Below, piece after piece: positions 27,520 through 37,673 of a stretch of DNA of 64,000 nucleotides. How positions within the stretch are numbered: the first letter of the stretch is position 1; each line of letters starts with the position of its first letter. A program made the position numbers and the translations under genes. Below the pieces are notes generated by a model. It did not search any database and was not told where the DNA came from. It was given only the letters and a program-made list of their open reading frames with translations. The stretch is from Novosphingobium sp. (GTDB lineage Bacteria > Pseudomonadota > Alphaproteobacteria > Sphingomonadales > Sphingomonadaceae), in NCBI GenBank assembly GCA_047605105.1, contig JASGGH010000004.1:4320-68319 (forward strand), in the 5' to 3' direction.

Positions 27520-27548
27520 ATCCTCCCCGAGACAAGCTCGGGGAGGAT
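27520..27548. repeat. Single REP-like hairpin
   Basis: ATCCTCCCCGAG-ACAAG-CTCGGGGAGGAT. Confidence 0.65.
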
Positions 27549-27554
27549 GTAGCG

Positions 27555-28721
27555 TCAGCCTTCCTTGGCCACGTCGTAGCGCGACAGGTAGCGCTCGAAC
27601 AGCGGCGCGATCTCTTCCACGCTGGTGCCGTACTGCGCCAGCTTGTATTCGTGCTTGCCGAACTTGTTCTGCGGGTTGTCGTTCACCCAGCCCTGGATTC
27701 CGGCCTCGGCTTCGGAAGTCCATTCGTCGCCGAGCTTGGCATAGAGCTTCCTGGTCTCGCCCACCGGGTCGGCGACGAGGTCGGCATAGTGGACGTCGAT
27801 GATCCGGTCCTCGCCGAACTTGTCGCGGAAATCCATGATCCGGTTGGCGTGCTCGGCGGCCTGCCACGGGTAGTCCTGGGCCAGCCATTCATTGTCGATC
27901 TTGCCCATGTGGCCCATGTGGCTGAGCGAGATCACGCTCATCAGCGAGCCGGCCGCGGTGATAGGATCGCGATGCGCCCAGACGATCCGCGCGTCGGGAT
28001 AGACCTTGAGGATCGTCTCCAGCCACAGCGCGTGGCTCGGCTTCTTGACGTTCCAGACGCCCGAGGTGTGGTGCTGCAGGGCCTGGAGGAACTTCTTGTG
28101 GTACTCGTAGGCCGATGTCATGTCGCAGGAGAAGATGAACTCCTTGTAGGCCGGCAGCCGGCCCTTGGACTCGATCATCAGCGTCTTGAAGTCGTGCGCC
28201 ATGAAGAACACGCACTCGTTGGGGTAGACCGCCGAGCCGCGGTAGTACTTGCCCATGGCCGGGTTGGCCTCGAGCGCGGCCTTCTCCGAAGCCAGGCGCG
28301 AGACTGCCCGCGGATCGGTGGTGAGCAGGTCGTTCGAGGCGACCGGCGGGATCGGCTCGTCGATTTCCCAGGTCAGCGGCGAACGGCGGCCGGGGTCGGC
28401 GGCCAGGAGGTTCGACATCAGCGTGGTGCCGGTGCGCGGTACGCCCATGACGAAGACCGGGCGCTCGACCGGGCGGGTCAACAGCTCGGGGTTCTGCTTG
28501 AGGTAGTCCTCCACCTTCAGGCGGTTCTTGAGGTAATGAAGGATGTCGTGCTGGATGCGGGCCAGGCCGCCTTCCGAGTACCAGCCCTTGGCGGCGCCGG
28601 CATTGACGTCGTCGACCAGGACGTCGAGCCCCTCGCGGTAGGAGTTGCCGCCGAAATCGGTAAGGCCGGTGGCCTGGCTGGCCTGTTCAACGAATGCGTC
28701 GGCGACGAATTGCTCTGCCAT
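27555..28721 (-). CDS. PAPS-dependent sulfotransferase family protein
   Basis: VMGVPRTGTTLMS, WNVKKPSH, AHRDP; paralog of 6587-7789. Confidence 0.9.
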   Translation of the reverse strand: MAEQFVADAFVEQASQATGLTDFGGNSYREGLDVLVDDVNAGAAKGWYSEGGLARIQHDILHYLKNRLKVEDYLKQNPELLTRPVERPVFVMGVPRTGTTLMSNLLAADPGRRSPLTWEIDEPIPPVASNDLLTTDPRAVSRLASEKAALEANPAMGKYYRGSAVYPNECVFFMAHDFKTLMIESKGRLPAYKEFIFSCDMTSAYEYHKKFLQALQHHTSGVWNVKKPSHALWLETILKVYPDARIVWAHRDPITAAGSLMSVISLSHMGHMGKIDNEWLAQDYPWQAAEHANRIMDFRDKFGEDRIIDVHYADLVADPVGETRKLYAKLGDEWTSEAEAGIQGWVNDNPQNKFGKHEYKLAQYGTSVEEIAPLFERYLSRYDVAKEG

Positions 28722-29063
28722 CTGGCGGCTCCTGTTCCCAAGGGGTGATTGTTTTACGGCCGTGCCGAGTGGCGCGACCTAGCCGCGATGGTGCAGGTCT
28801 TGGCAACGGGGTTGGTGATACGGATCGGGACTAAGAATTGAAAACGGGCCAAACTCGCCTGGGGCGCATCTCGCGTGGGTTTGCGCCGTGCGGTGAAAGG
28901 GCAGGGCCGAGTCCGCTGCGATCATCGCCCCGGAGATTATCGCTGGAGATTGTCGTGGGCAGCGGCCGGATGGGCTTTACACCGAACACCTCAAAGTTAG
29001 TCTGCGCATCATATGAAGCCGGCGGCTGATAATGGTCGCGGCTCGAACGGAGGGTATGCGGTG

Positions 29064-31274
29064 ATGATGGTGCTCGATTTCATCGGAAACGGAGGCGCCC
29101 CACGCGGGGGGCTGCGGCTTACGGCGGTCGTCGGGGCCGTCGCGCTCGGCACCGCGCTGGCGGCATCCCCAGCGGCGGCAGCCGAATGCAAGTTCGCCCC
29201 GGTCCGTCAGATCGACAGGGATACCGGGGTCGAGCCGCAATTGCTGATCGACGGGACCTGCACCGACCCGGTCTACAACGAGAGCACCTTCGTCATCGAC
29301 AAGACCGAGCAGTTGACCCTGCAGGTGCCCGACGGACCGCTGATCCCCTATACGCAGGTTACGGGGCATTTCCCCGCCACCCGGACCGTGGACACTCTTC
29401 CCGCCGGGGTGCGCCAGAGCCCGACCACCTATCAGCAGAATTACGTCCTGCGGTTTCCGGCAAAGGAATTCTGGCGGCACCGCTCGTTCGAGGGGCAGCA
29501 CCCCTCGGGCGGCGGCGTGGTCGACAACCGCATGGCCTTCACCAACGGCGCCTTCTCGATCAACTGGATGAGCGCCAGCATCCCCAACGCCGTCGCCAGC
29601 CATCGTCACGAGGCCGCGGCGACCAAGGTGGCCAAGGCCTATGCCCGCAAGCTCTACGGCGACACGGGCCGGATCTACTCCTACTTCTGGGGCTGCAGCG
29701 GCGGCGGAACGGTGTCGATGGCCGCGGCCGAGAACGTCACGGGCGTGTGGGACGGAGTCCAGCCGCAATGCATCGGGACCAGCGGCGATGCGCCCTATCA
29801 TTCGTTCTACTGGCAGGCGCATTACACCTTCGGCATTCCGCAGGCGAAGCGCGATGCGATCGCGGCAGCCGCGGTTCCCGGCGGCACCGGCGACATCTAC
29901 GCCGGGCTGAACGAGGAGGAGAAAGCGGTCCTCGACGAATTCCTCGCCGCGGGCTATCCCCTCCCGATCATCGGCAGCCACTTCAAGAGCCTCATTCCGC
30001 TGGTCGATCCGGTCGACATCCGCCTGTTCGATCCGACCTATGAGGACGACTTCTGGTCGAAGCCGGGCTATGCCGGCGCCAATCCGCCGAACTACCTCAA
30101 GGCCGCCAAGGTCGACGGTTGGGCGACGATCACGGGCATCACCCGCGACGCCGCAGGCAAGCCGACCGCGGTGCAGTTCGACCCCGCGACGGTCCCGCCC
30201 CTGACGGTGACCGGCGACAGCTACCTCGAATACTGGGTCTACGGCGCCGACGGCAAGACGCGGGTGATCGATCCGGTCCGGGCGGTGGGCGTGCCCACCG
30301 ACAACAAGCGCCGCTTCAGCCTGATGGGCAAGCTCGATCCCGCCACCGGCCTGCTCACCCTGGGCGGCACCGAGAAGGACGTATTCGGCGGAGCGGCGTC
30401 GCTCGACAACAGCAGTGTCCTGCTGGGCGCGCTCAAGGTCGGCGGCAAGGTGCGGGTCAACAACCGCTTCATCCTCGCGATGTACTATTACCCGCGCTAC
30501 AGCAACATCCCCGGGGTGCGGAGCCACGACCAGTACCGCAACGCGGACGGATCGCCCAAGTATCCGCAGCGCAAGGACATCAGCGTCCTCAGCCACTCGA
30601 ACTACCGCACGATGGGCGGGCGGGTCGAAACCGGCGCGGTCACCACCAAGACGATGATCCTCGAAGGCATGTCGGACAACCTGTCCTGGCCGATCTTCAA
30701 CGTCAGCTATGCCGAGCGCATCCAGCGGACGCTCGGTGCGGCGAAGGCCAACGACACGATGCGGTTCTACCTGCACGACAACGGCCGCCACGCCCTGGGC
30801 GCGGGCGAGCCGGGGATCTTCCAGCAATCGGTCCAGGACCTGATGGCCTGGGCCGAGCGGGGTGTCGCGCCGCCGCCTTCATCGACCTATACGATCCGGG
30901 GCGGCCAGGTCATCCCGGCGGAGAAGGCCGCCGACCGCCACGGCTTGCAGCCGGTCATGACCCTTACCGCCAACGGGGCCGGCCGCGCCTCGGTCGGGGT
31001 GGGCCAGCCGGTCGCCCTCGCGTCGAACATCGAGATGCCGCCGAAGACGGGCCTGATCGTGAAGTACAACTGGACGATCGCCGGCACGGCCGACCCGGTC
31101 ACCGAGCTCGACAAGCCGCTCCCGCTGGTCGATCTCAGCCGCACGGTCACCTTCGACAAGCCGGGGACCTACGTGATCCGGCTCACCGTGAACGGCCAGC
31201 GCGACGGGCTGGCGAACCCCGCCAATCAGACGCTGCTGCAGAACTTCAAGGAAGTTCGGGTGGTCGTGCAATAG
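29064..31274 (+). CDS. Secreted tannase/feruloyl-esterase-family alpha/beta hydrolase with a C-terminal PKD/Ig-like domain
   Basis: Signal peptide; YSYFWGCSGGG nucleophile elbow; TFDKPGTYVIRLTV; start uncertain (29061-29067). Confidence 0.7.
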   Translation: MMVLDFIGNGGAPRGGLRLTAVVGAVALGTALAASPAAAAECKFAPVRQIDRDTGVEPQLLIDGTCTDPVYNESTFVIDKTEQLTLQVPDGPLIPYTQVTGHFPATRTVDTLPAGVRQSPTTYQQNYVLRFPAKEFWRHRSFEGQHPSGGGVVDNRMAFTNGAFSINWMSASIPNAVASHRHEAAATKVAKAYARKLYGDTGRIYSYFWGCSGGGTVSMAAAENVTGVWDGVQPQCIGTSGDAPYHSFYWQAHYTFGIPQAKRDAIAAAAVPGGTGDIYAGLNEEEKAVLDEFLAAGYPLPIIGSHFKSLIPLVDPVDIRLFDPTYEDDFWSKPGYAGANPPNYLKAAKVDGWATITGITRDAAGKPTAVQFDPATVPPLTVTGDSYLEYWVYGADGKTRVIDPVRAVGVPTDNKRRFSLMGKLDPATGLLTLGGTEKDVFGGAASLDNSSVLLGALKVGGKVRVNNRFILAMYYYPRYSNIPGVRSHDQYRNADGSPKYPQRKDISVLSHSNYRTMGGRVETGAVTTKTMILEGMSDNLSWPIFNVSYAERIQRTLGAAKANDTMRFYLHDNGRHALGAGEPGIFQQSVQDLMAWAERGVAPPPSSTYTIRGGQVIPAEKAADRHGLQPVMTLTANGAGRASVGVGQPVALASNIEMPPKTGLIVKYNWTIAGTADPVTELDKPLPLVDLSRTVTFDKPGTYVIRLTVNGQRDGLANPANQTLLQNFKEVRVVVQ

Positions 31275-31278
31275 GAAG

Positions 31279-32124
31279 CTAGACGACCCCCGGCACCCGC
31301 TGCCGGGTGCGGAAGTGGCTCGGGCTGATCCCGGTCGCGCGGCGGAAGGCGAAGGTGAAGCTGGAGGGAGAGGCGAAGCCCATCGCGAAGGCGATCGCCT
31401 TCACGCTTTCGCCGGCCATCAGCAGGCGCTTGGCGGTCTCCATCCGGCGCTGCTCGATGTAGTCGCCGATCGAGCACCCGCGGCTCGCACGGAAGCCGCG
31501 GGTGAGCTGGCGGACCGAGATCGCGCAGCGGTCGGCCAGTTCGCGCAGGGTGGGCGCGGTCATCTCGTCGCTCAGGCGTTCGTCGATCAGGCGCAGGCGC
31601 CATGAGGCGAGGCCGCCGGTGATCGAGCGTTCCACCACCTCCAGGCAAAAGCGGCCGAGTTCGACCGCCAGTTCGCCGCTGAGGAACTCGACCATTTGCG
31701 CGCTGGCGAAGCCGGGGTGGCGCACTTCCTCGGTCAGGCGGAACAGCAGGTTGCGGATCCGCGCGCTGCTGATGTCGAGCGCGGCGGCGAGGCGCTGTTC
31801 GGTCCATTCCAGCTCCTCGCCCAGGATCGCATGGAGCGCGTCGGCCCTGAGCAGGCAGATCAGCGATGCCTGCTCTCCGGCGCCGCCGTGAATGTGCAGC
31901 GCCTGGCCCGGGGGGATCAGGAAGATCTCGCCGAGCGCCTCGTAGCGGTGCGGCCCCCAGTGATCGTGATAGCCCCCGCGGGCGTAGAGCGGGCGCGGGG
32001 TGAGGCACAGATTGATCTGATAGGCGTGATCGTCGCGCACGACGCTTTCGGTGGCCTCGGGGATGTGGAAGCCCACGAGCTGCGCGATCATGATCCGGCT
32101 GCGCACTTCGGCCTCCACCGTCAT
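31279..32124 (-). CDS. AraC-family regulator
   Basis: TLRELA..CAISVRQLTRGFR ... IAFAMGFASPSSFTFAFRRATGISP; alternative GTG start at 32163. Confidence 0.92.
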   Translation of the reverse strand: MTVEAEVRSRIMIAQLVGFHIPEATESVVRDDHAYQINLCLTPRPLYARGGYHDHWGPHRYEALGEIFLIPPGQALHIHGGAGEQASLICLLRADALHAILGEELEWTEQRLAAALDISSARIRNLLFRLTEEVRHPGFASAQMVEFLSGELAVELGRFCLEVVERSITGGLASWRLRLIDERLSDEMTAPTLRELADRCAISVRQLTRGFRASRGCSIGDYIEQRRMETAKRLLMAGESVKAIAFAMGFASPSSFTFAFRRATGISPSHFRTRQRVPGVV

Positions 32125-32310
32125 CGTCGCCCTTCGGGGAGTATCGGGTTGGCTGATGGCCACAGCAATCTGTCCGTGATTGAATACTGTGTCTCGAATT
32201 CTACGTCATGGCCGGTTGCGCTGCAACCCCTCGGGGGAGGACAAGACCCCGGACCCGCGCCCCGCCAAGGATGGCGCGCGATCGTTGACGTTGCATTTGG
32301 GAGAGTTTTG

Positions 32311-33105
32311 ATGGCTAAGGGCCTGTTCGACTGCACTGGCAAGGTTACTCTGGTTACCGGCGGCAACGGCGGGATCGGCCTGGGCTTCGCCAAGGGCATC
32401 GCCAAGCAGGGTGGCGATCTGGCCATCTGGGCGCGCAATCTCGAAAAGAACGCCGCTGCCAAGGCCGAACTGCTCGCCGCCGGCGCGGGCCGGGTCGAAA
32501 CCTATCAGGTCGACGTCTCGTCGGAAGAGGCGATCCTGGCCGGCTACGACAAGTTCATGGCCGACTTCGGCCGGATCGACTGCGTCTTCGCGAACTCGGG
32601 CGCCAGCCCCCGCTACAACTCGGTCTTCGACATGCCGACCGATCACTGGTTCGAATTCCAGAAGACCGCGCTGCACGGCGCCTTCTTCACCCTGCGCGAG
32701 GCCGCGCGCCACATGAAGGCCCGCGCCGAGGCCGGCGAGCCGGGCGGCAGCCTGGTCGCCTGTGGTTCGGGCTCGCTCTACCAGGGCCTGGCCGGCAAGA
32801 TGGAATATTCCGGCTCGAAGTCGGCGATCGCGGCGGTGATCCGCAGCCTGGCGGCCGAGATGGGCCAGTACGGCGTGCGCGCCAACGTCGTCGCGCCGGG
32901 GTTGATCATCACCCCGATGATGGGCGAGCCGGACGGTCCGGCGGCCAAGTACCTCGAAACCAACATGGGGCCCCAGCACCCGGTCAAGCGGGTCGGCTAT
33001 CCCGACGACTTCGAGGGGATCGGCGCCTATCTCTGCTCGGATTCCTCGTCGTTCCTGACCGGGCAGGTCATCTATATCGACGGCGGCTACATGATCCGGC
33101 CCTGA
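32311..33105 (+). CDS. SDR oxidoreductase
   Basis: VTGGNGGIG, YSGSK; GGAG RBS. Confidence 0.92.
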   Translation: MAKGLFDCTGKVTLVTGGNGGIGLGFAKGIAKQGGDLAIWARNLEKNAAAKAELLAAGAGRVETYQVDVSSEEAILAGYDKFMADFGRIDCVFANSGASPRYNSVFDMPTDHWFEFQKTALHGAFFTLREAARHMKARAEAGEPGGSLVACGSGSLYQGLAGKMEYSGSKSAIAAVIRSLAAEMGQYGVRANVVAPGLIITPMMGEPDGPAAKYLETNMGPQHPVKRVGYPDDFEGIGAYLCSDSSSFLTGQVIYIDGGYMIRP

Positions 33106-33130
33106 CGGCGCGAGACCTGGGAGAATACCG

Positions 33131-34144
33131 ATGAAGCTGCTCAACATCCACGGCGTCGGCGATGTCCGCCTCGATGAATATACCCGGCCCTCGGCGGGGC
33201 CCAAGGACGTGGTGGTCAAGGTGAAGGCCTGCGGCATCTGCGGCAGCGACCTGAGCTACGTCAAGGTCGGTGGCATGTCCCGCAACGCCGAGGGCACGAC
33301 CGCGCTGGGCCATGAGGCCTCCGGCGAAGTGATCGAGGTCGGCGCCGAGGTGTCCGACATCCTGGTCGGCCAGGCCGTGGTCGTGAACGGCATGATGACC
33401 CCCAGCGACGTCGGCAACGGCGGGCCGGAGGGCGCCTTCACCGAGGAACTGCTGATCCGCGAGGCGCGGCTCGGCGCTTCGATCCTGCCGGTGCCCGAGG
33501 GCATTCCCTATGACGTTGCCGCGCTGTGCGAGCCGCTCGCGGTGGCGATGCACGGCGTGAACCGGGCGGACGTCAAGGCCGGCGACAAGGTCGTGGTCTT
33601 CGGCTGCGGCCCGATCGGACTGGGCATGATCCTCTGGCTGGTCGATCGCGGCGTGACCGATGTGGTCGCGCTCGACCTTGCGCCGGAGCGGCGCGAGCGG
33701 GCCCTGGCCCTGGGCGCGCGGGCGGCGTTCAATCCGCTCGAGGTCAACCTGCGCGACGAGCTCGCCAAGCTCCACGGCGAGGTGCCGTCCTATGGCCGCG
33801 TCGGTGTCGGCACCGATGCCTATATCGACGCCGCGGGCGCCCCCAACATCCTGACCGACGTGATCATGATGGCCAAGCTTCATGCCAAGCTGGTCATCAC
33901 CGCGGCCTACATGCGGCCTATCGAGTTCCCGGTCGGCCGCATGCTGACCAGCGAGATGACGATCACCACGGCGGTCGGCTATCCCACCGAGTTCCCCGAC
34001 GTGCTGGCCGCGATGCCGCGCCTCAAGGACAAGATCGCCTCGATCATCAGCCACAAGCTGCCGTTCGAGCAGGTGCTCGAAGGCTTCAAGGTTGCCGCGA
34101 CGCCGGAATCGGCCAAGGTCATGATCGAGTTCGAGGGAGCCTGA
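33131..34144 (+). CDS. Zn-binding dehydrogenase (MDR) without the structural-zinc lobe
   Basis: CGICGSD, GHEASG, GCGPIG; no CxxCxxC. Confidence 0.9.
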   Translation: MKLLNIHGVGDVRLDEYTRPSAGPKDVVVKVKACGICGSDLSYVKVGGMSRNAEGTTALGHEASGEVIEVGAEVSDILVGQAVVVNGMMTPSDVGNGGPEGAFTEELLIREARLGASILPVPEGIPYDVAALCEPLAVAMHGVNRADVKAGDKVVVFGCGPIGLGMILWLVDRGVTDVVALDLAPERRERALALGARAAFNPLEVNLRDELAKLHGEVPSYGRVGVGTDAYIDAAGAPNILTDVIMMAKLHAKLVITAAYMRPIEFPVGRMLTSEMTITTAVGYPTEFPDVLAAMPRLKDKIASIISHKLPFEQVLEGFKVAATPESAKVMIEFEGA

Positions 34145-34147
34145 ACC

Positions 34148-35392
34148 ATGGCCGAGACCGGAGAAAAGGTGCCGCTGGCCAACCTCGTCCGCGCGGGCGA
34201 CACGCAGACCGAGGCGATCGAGATCACCCCGTTCGTGTTCATGGCCCGCGGCATCTCCAACGCCCATCTGGTGACGACCAGCGACGGCGACGTGATCATC
34301 AACACCGGCATGCCGGAGGACGGTGAGCGCGCCGCCAGGCTCTTCGCCCCGCATCGCACCGGGCCGGTTCGCTACATCATCCTGACCCAGAGCCACGCCG
34401 ATCACTTCGGCGGCGTGCCCGAGTTCAGGGAGGAGGGCACCAAGATCGTCGGCGGGCCCGACTACAACGAAGCGGTCGGCGACATGCTGAGGCTGCAGCC
34501 GTTCTTCGGCCAGCGCACTTTCAAGCTGTGGGGCACGGCGCTCAAGCGCGATGCCCCGCCCAAGCCGATCCCGCAGGTCACGCCCGACATCCTGGTCGAC
34601 CGTAGGCTGACGCTCGAAGTCGGCAACCGCACCTTCGAGCTGATCTCGGCGCCCGAAGGCGAGACGATCGACAATATCGCGGTGTGGATGCCGAACGAGC
34701 AGATCGTCTTCACCGGCAACACCTTCGGCCCGGTCTGGCTGTCGATGCCGTTCCTCAATACCCTGCGCGGCGACAAGCCGCGCCTGGTGCGCAATTACCT
34801 CAAGAGCCTGGAGAAGATCCGCGATCTCGACGCCGACCTCCTGATCACCGGCCACGGCGATCCGATCGTCGGTCGGCAGCGCATCCGCGAGGACCTCGAC
34901 CGGATGCATGCCGCGGTCAGCTACGTGCGCGACTATACGCTCGAGGGCATGAAGGCAGGCAAGACCGTCCACCAGCTCATGCGCGAGTTCGTCTGGCCGG
35001 ACAACCTCGCGATCGGCGAGTTTCACGGCAAGGCCAGCTGGGCGGTCAAGTCGATCTGGCGCGAGTACTCGGGCTGGCTGCACTACGAGGACGGCACCAC
35101 CGAGCTCTACGGCGTGCCGCGCTCGTCGGTCTATGCCGACCTTGCCGAGCTGGCGGGCGGGGCCGACAAGCTGGCCGAGCGGGCGAGGGTCAAGCTCGAT
35201 GCCGGACAGCCGCTGGAGGCACTGCACCTCACCGACGTGGCGCTCGGTGCCGAGCCGGCCAACCGCGCGGCGCTGACGGTCAAGAAGGAGGCTTCGGCCT
35301 TGCTGCTCGAGCAGTCGGGGCAGAGCAACCTCAGCGAATCGATGTGGCTCCGCTCGGAGATCGCGGCGATCGACAAGGCGCTGGGCGAGTAG
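34148..35392 (+). CDS. Metallo-beta-lactamase-fold hydrolase, alkyl-sulfatase (SdsA)-like
   Basis: TQSHADHFGG, GETID, PFLNTLRG, TGHG, YSGW, dimerisation-like C-terminus (ELAGGADKL...ALGAEP.N). Confidence 0.75.
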   Translation: MAETGEKVPLANLVRAGDTQTEAIEITPFVFMARGISNAHLVTTSDGDVIINTGMPEDGERAARLFAPHRTGPVRYIILTQSHADHFGGVPEFREEGTKIVGGPDYNEAVGDMLRLQPFFGQRTFKLWGTALKRDAPPKPIPQVTPDILVDRRLTLEVGNRTFELISAPEGETIDNIAVWMPNEQIVFTGNTFGPVWLSMPFLNTLRGDKPRLVRNYLKSLEKIRDLDADLLITGHGDPIVGRQRIREDLDRMHAAVSYVRDYTLEGMKAGKTVHQLMREFVWPDNLAIGEFHGKASWAVKSIWREYSGWLHYEDGTTELYGVPRSSVYADLAELAGGADKLAERARVKLDAGQPLEALHLTDVALGAEPANRAALTVKKEASALLLEQSGQSNLSESMWLRSEIAAIDKALGE

Positions 35393-36499
35393 TCACGCAA
35401 AGGGCTCCAGCCCGGTAAGGATCATCCGCACCAGGTCGGCCTGGCCGCTCGCGCCGGTCTTGGCGTAGATTCGCTTGGAATAGTTGCGCGCGGTCTCGGG
35501 CGTGAGTTGGAGCTGCGCGCCGGCCTCGACGATCGAACGCCCCTGGCTGATCGCTTCGGCGAGAGCGGCCTCGCGCGTCGACAGCCCGAGCGTGGCGGCG
35601 ACCACGGGCGAGGCGCTCTGGGTGGGGGCGCGGCGTCCCTGGCGGACCAGGCCGATCGAATAGCCGCTGCTCAGCGTGTTGTCCGTCACCGGCGGCACGC
35701 GCCGCAGCAGGATGTCCTTGCCGGCCCGGTCGTCGAAGCGGACCGTGCGGCGGGCCTCCGCCTTCGCGGTCGCAAGGTCCCGGCATGCGGCGGACAGTGC
35801 CTGAGCCGGCCCCGCGCGAAGCTGGGCGCGGCCCATGCCCTGGCCGGTGCTCTGGATGTCGAGTTGCTCGGTGGCGATGCCGTCGGCGATGACGACGTGG
35901 CCGTCACCATCGAAGATCGCCTGGCCGACTCCGATCAGGCCGAGCGCCTCCTCGGCGATGGTCGCGCGCAGGCGCAGGCCGCGAAGTTCCATCTGCATCG
36001 CCAGGGCCTGGGCAAAGTGCGGGGCGAGCGAGGAGAGCAGGGCACTGTCGCCCGCGCCGAAGTCGAGCCGGTCGTGCAGCAGGACCAGCCAGGCGTTGTG
36101 GTCCCCCTTGGCGACGATGCGGATGAACCGGGCATGGGCCACCGAGGCGGCTTCGAGCACTGCGTGCTGACGCTGGATCGCCTCGGGGCTTTCGGGGAGG
36201 GTGGTTTCCTCGAGCGAATAGACGCGGTGGGGGCGGAGCGAGGCGAAGGGCAGCAGGCCGGCCTTGCTGAAGGTTTCCAGGTTGAAGAACCCCGCGCGGC
36301 GGACGTAACCGCCGGCGCGGATCGTCCGCTGGATCGGCGGCGTTCCCGCGATTCCGCCTGGCCGGATGAACAGGTGGAGCCGCTGCGCCCGGGTCCGCGC
36401 GAGCAGGCGGTGGAGGAAGGTGTCCCACAGCGGGTCCTCCTCGATGCCGCTGAACAGGGGCAGGATCAGGTCGCGTTCGTCGGTTGTGCTGAGAGCCAT
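35393..36499 (-). CDS. LuxR-type HTH transcriptional regulator
   Basis: C-terminal [47 protein letters not shown]; divergent from cysD. Confidence 0.85.
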   Translation of the reverse strand: MALSTTDERDLILPLFSGIEEDPLWDTFLHRLLARTRAQRLHLFIRPGGIAGTPPIQRTIRAGGYVRRAGFFNLETFSKAGLLPFASLRPHRVYSLEETTLPESPEAIQRQHAVLEAASVAHARFIRIVAKGDHNAWLVLLHDRLDFGAGDSALLSSLAPHFAQALAMQMELRGLRLRATIAEEALGLIGVGQAIFDGDGHVVIADGIATEQLDIQSTGQGMGRAQLRAGPAQALSAACRDLATAKAEARRTVRFDDRAGKDILLRRVPPVTDNTLSSGYSIGLVRQGRRAPTQSASPVVAATLGLSTREAALAEAISQGRSIVEAGAQLQLTPETARNYSKRIYAKTGASGQADLVRMILTGLEPFA

Positions 36500-36603
36500 G
36501 CATTTTGCTCCCATATGGGAGCGTTGAGGTCAAGCGCGACTCGCCATTGAGCCTGCAACACAAAGCCGAAGCGCGTGTCCGCGCACCGGTAGGAGAGGTA
36601 GGA

Positions 36604-37530
36604 ATGACAGCTGTTTCCGAAGCTACCCTGACGCACCTGCAACGCCTTGAGGCCGAGGCGATCCACATCATGCGCGAAGTCGTCGCCGAGGCCGAAAAGC
36701 CCGTGCTGATGTATTCGGTCGGCAAGGATTCGGCCGTGATGCTGCACCTCGCCCGCAAGGCCTTCTATCCCTCGCCGCCGCCGTTCCCGCTGCTCCACGT
36801 CGACACGACCTGGAAGTTCAAGGACATGTACGCGCTGCGCGACAAGATGGCGAAGGACTCCGGGATGGAGCTCATCGTCTATCACAACCCCGAGGCCGAG
36901 GAGCGCGGGATCAATCCCTTCGACCACGGCCCGCTCCACACCGACATGTGGAAGACCGAAGGCCTCAAGCAGGCGCTCGACAAGTACGGCTTCGACGCGG
37001 CCTTCGGCGGCGCCCGCCGCGACGAGGAGAAGAGCCGCGCCAAGGAGCGCATCTTCTCGTTCCGCACCGCGCAGCACCGCTGGGACCCGAAGAACCAGCG
37101 CCCCGAGCTCTGGCACCTCTACAACGGCCGCAAGCACAAGGGCGAGTCGATCCGCGTCTTCCCGATCTCGAACTGGACCGAGCTCGACATCTGGCAGTAC
37201 ATCCACCTCAACGACATTCCGATCGTCCCGCTCTACTTCGCGGCCAAGCGCCCGACCTTCGAGTGGGAAGGGCAGCTCCTGATGGCCGACGACATCGACC
37301 GGCTGGAGAAGGTCCTCGGCAAGAAGCCCGAGATCACCGAACGCTCGATCCGCTTCCGCACTCTCGGCTGCTTCCCGCTGACGGGCGCGGTCGAGAGCAC
37401 TGCGGACACCCTGCCGTCGATCATCCAGGAGACGCTCCTGACCACGACCTCGGAACGCCAGGGCCGCGTGATCGACAAGGACGCCGGCGGCGCCGGCATG
37501 GAAGTGAAGAAGCAGCAGGGGTACTTCTGA
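36604..37530 (+). CDS. cysD: Sulfate adenylyltransferase subunit 2
   Basis: [39 protein letters not shown]. Confidence 0.97.
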   Translation: MTAVSEATLTHLQRLEAEAIHIMREVVAEAEKPVLMYSVGKDSAVMLHLARKAFYPSPPPFPLLHVDTTWKFKDMYALRDKMAKDSGMELIVYHNPEAEERGINPFDHGPLHTDMWKTEGLKQALDKYGFDAAFGGARRDEEKSRAKERIFSFRTAQHRWDPKNQRPELWHLYNGRKHKGESIRVFPISNWTELDIWQYIHLNDIPIVPLYFAAKRPTFEWEGQLLMADDIDRLEKVLGKKPEITERSIRFRTLGCFPLTGAVESTADTLPSIIQETLLTTTSERQGRVIDKDAGGAGMEVKKQQGYF

Positions 37531-37552
37531 GCTCTTGCCAGGTTCTCCTTTG

Positions 37553-37665
37553 CCCGTTCCTCCCGAGCGAAGTCGAGGGACTAGTTCGAGCGAAGCGAGA
37601 ACCCGCAAGCACAGAGCCTCGTTAACGCTCGGCATAGTCCCTCGACTTCGCTCGGGAGGAACGGG
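37553..37665. repeat. REP-like long inverted repeat
   Basis: CCCGTTCCTCCCGAGCGAAGTCGAGGGACTA ... TAGTCCCTCGACTTCGCTCGGGAGGAACGGG. Confidence 0.85.
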
Positions 37666-37673
37666 AGTTTGAA

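Noticed and set aside
28790-28820. Possible sigma-54 promoter (TGGCAAC...TTGG)
   Set aside because: The -12 GC element and spacing do not fit, and no enhancer-binding protein is nearby
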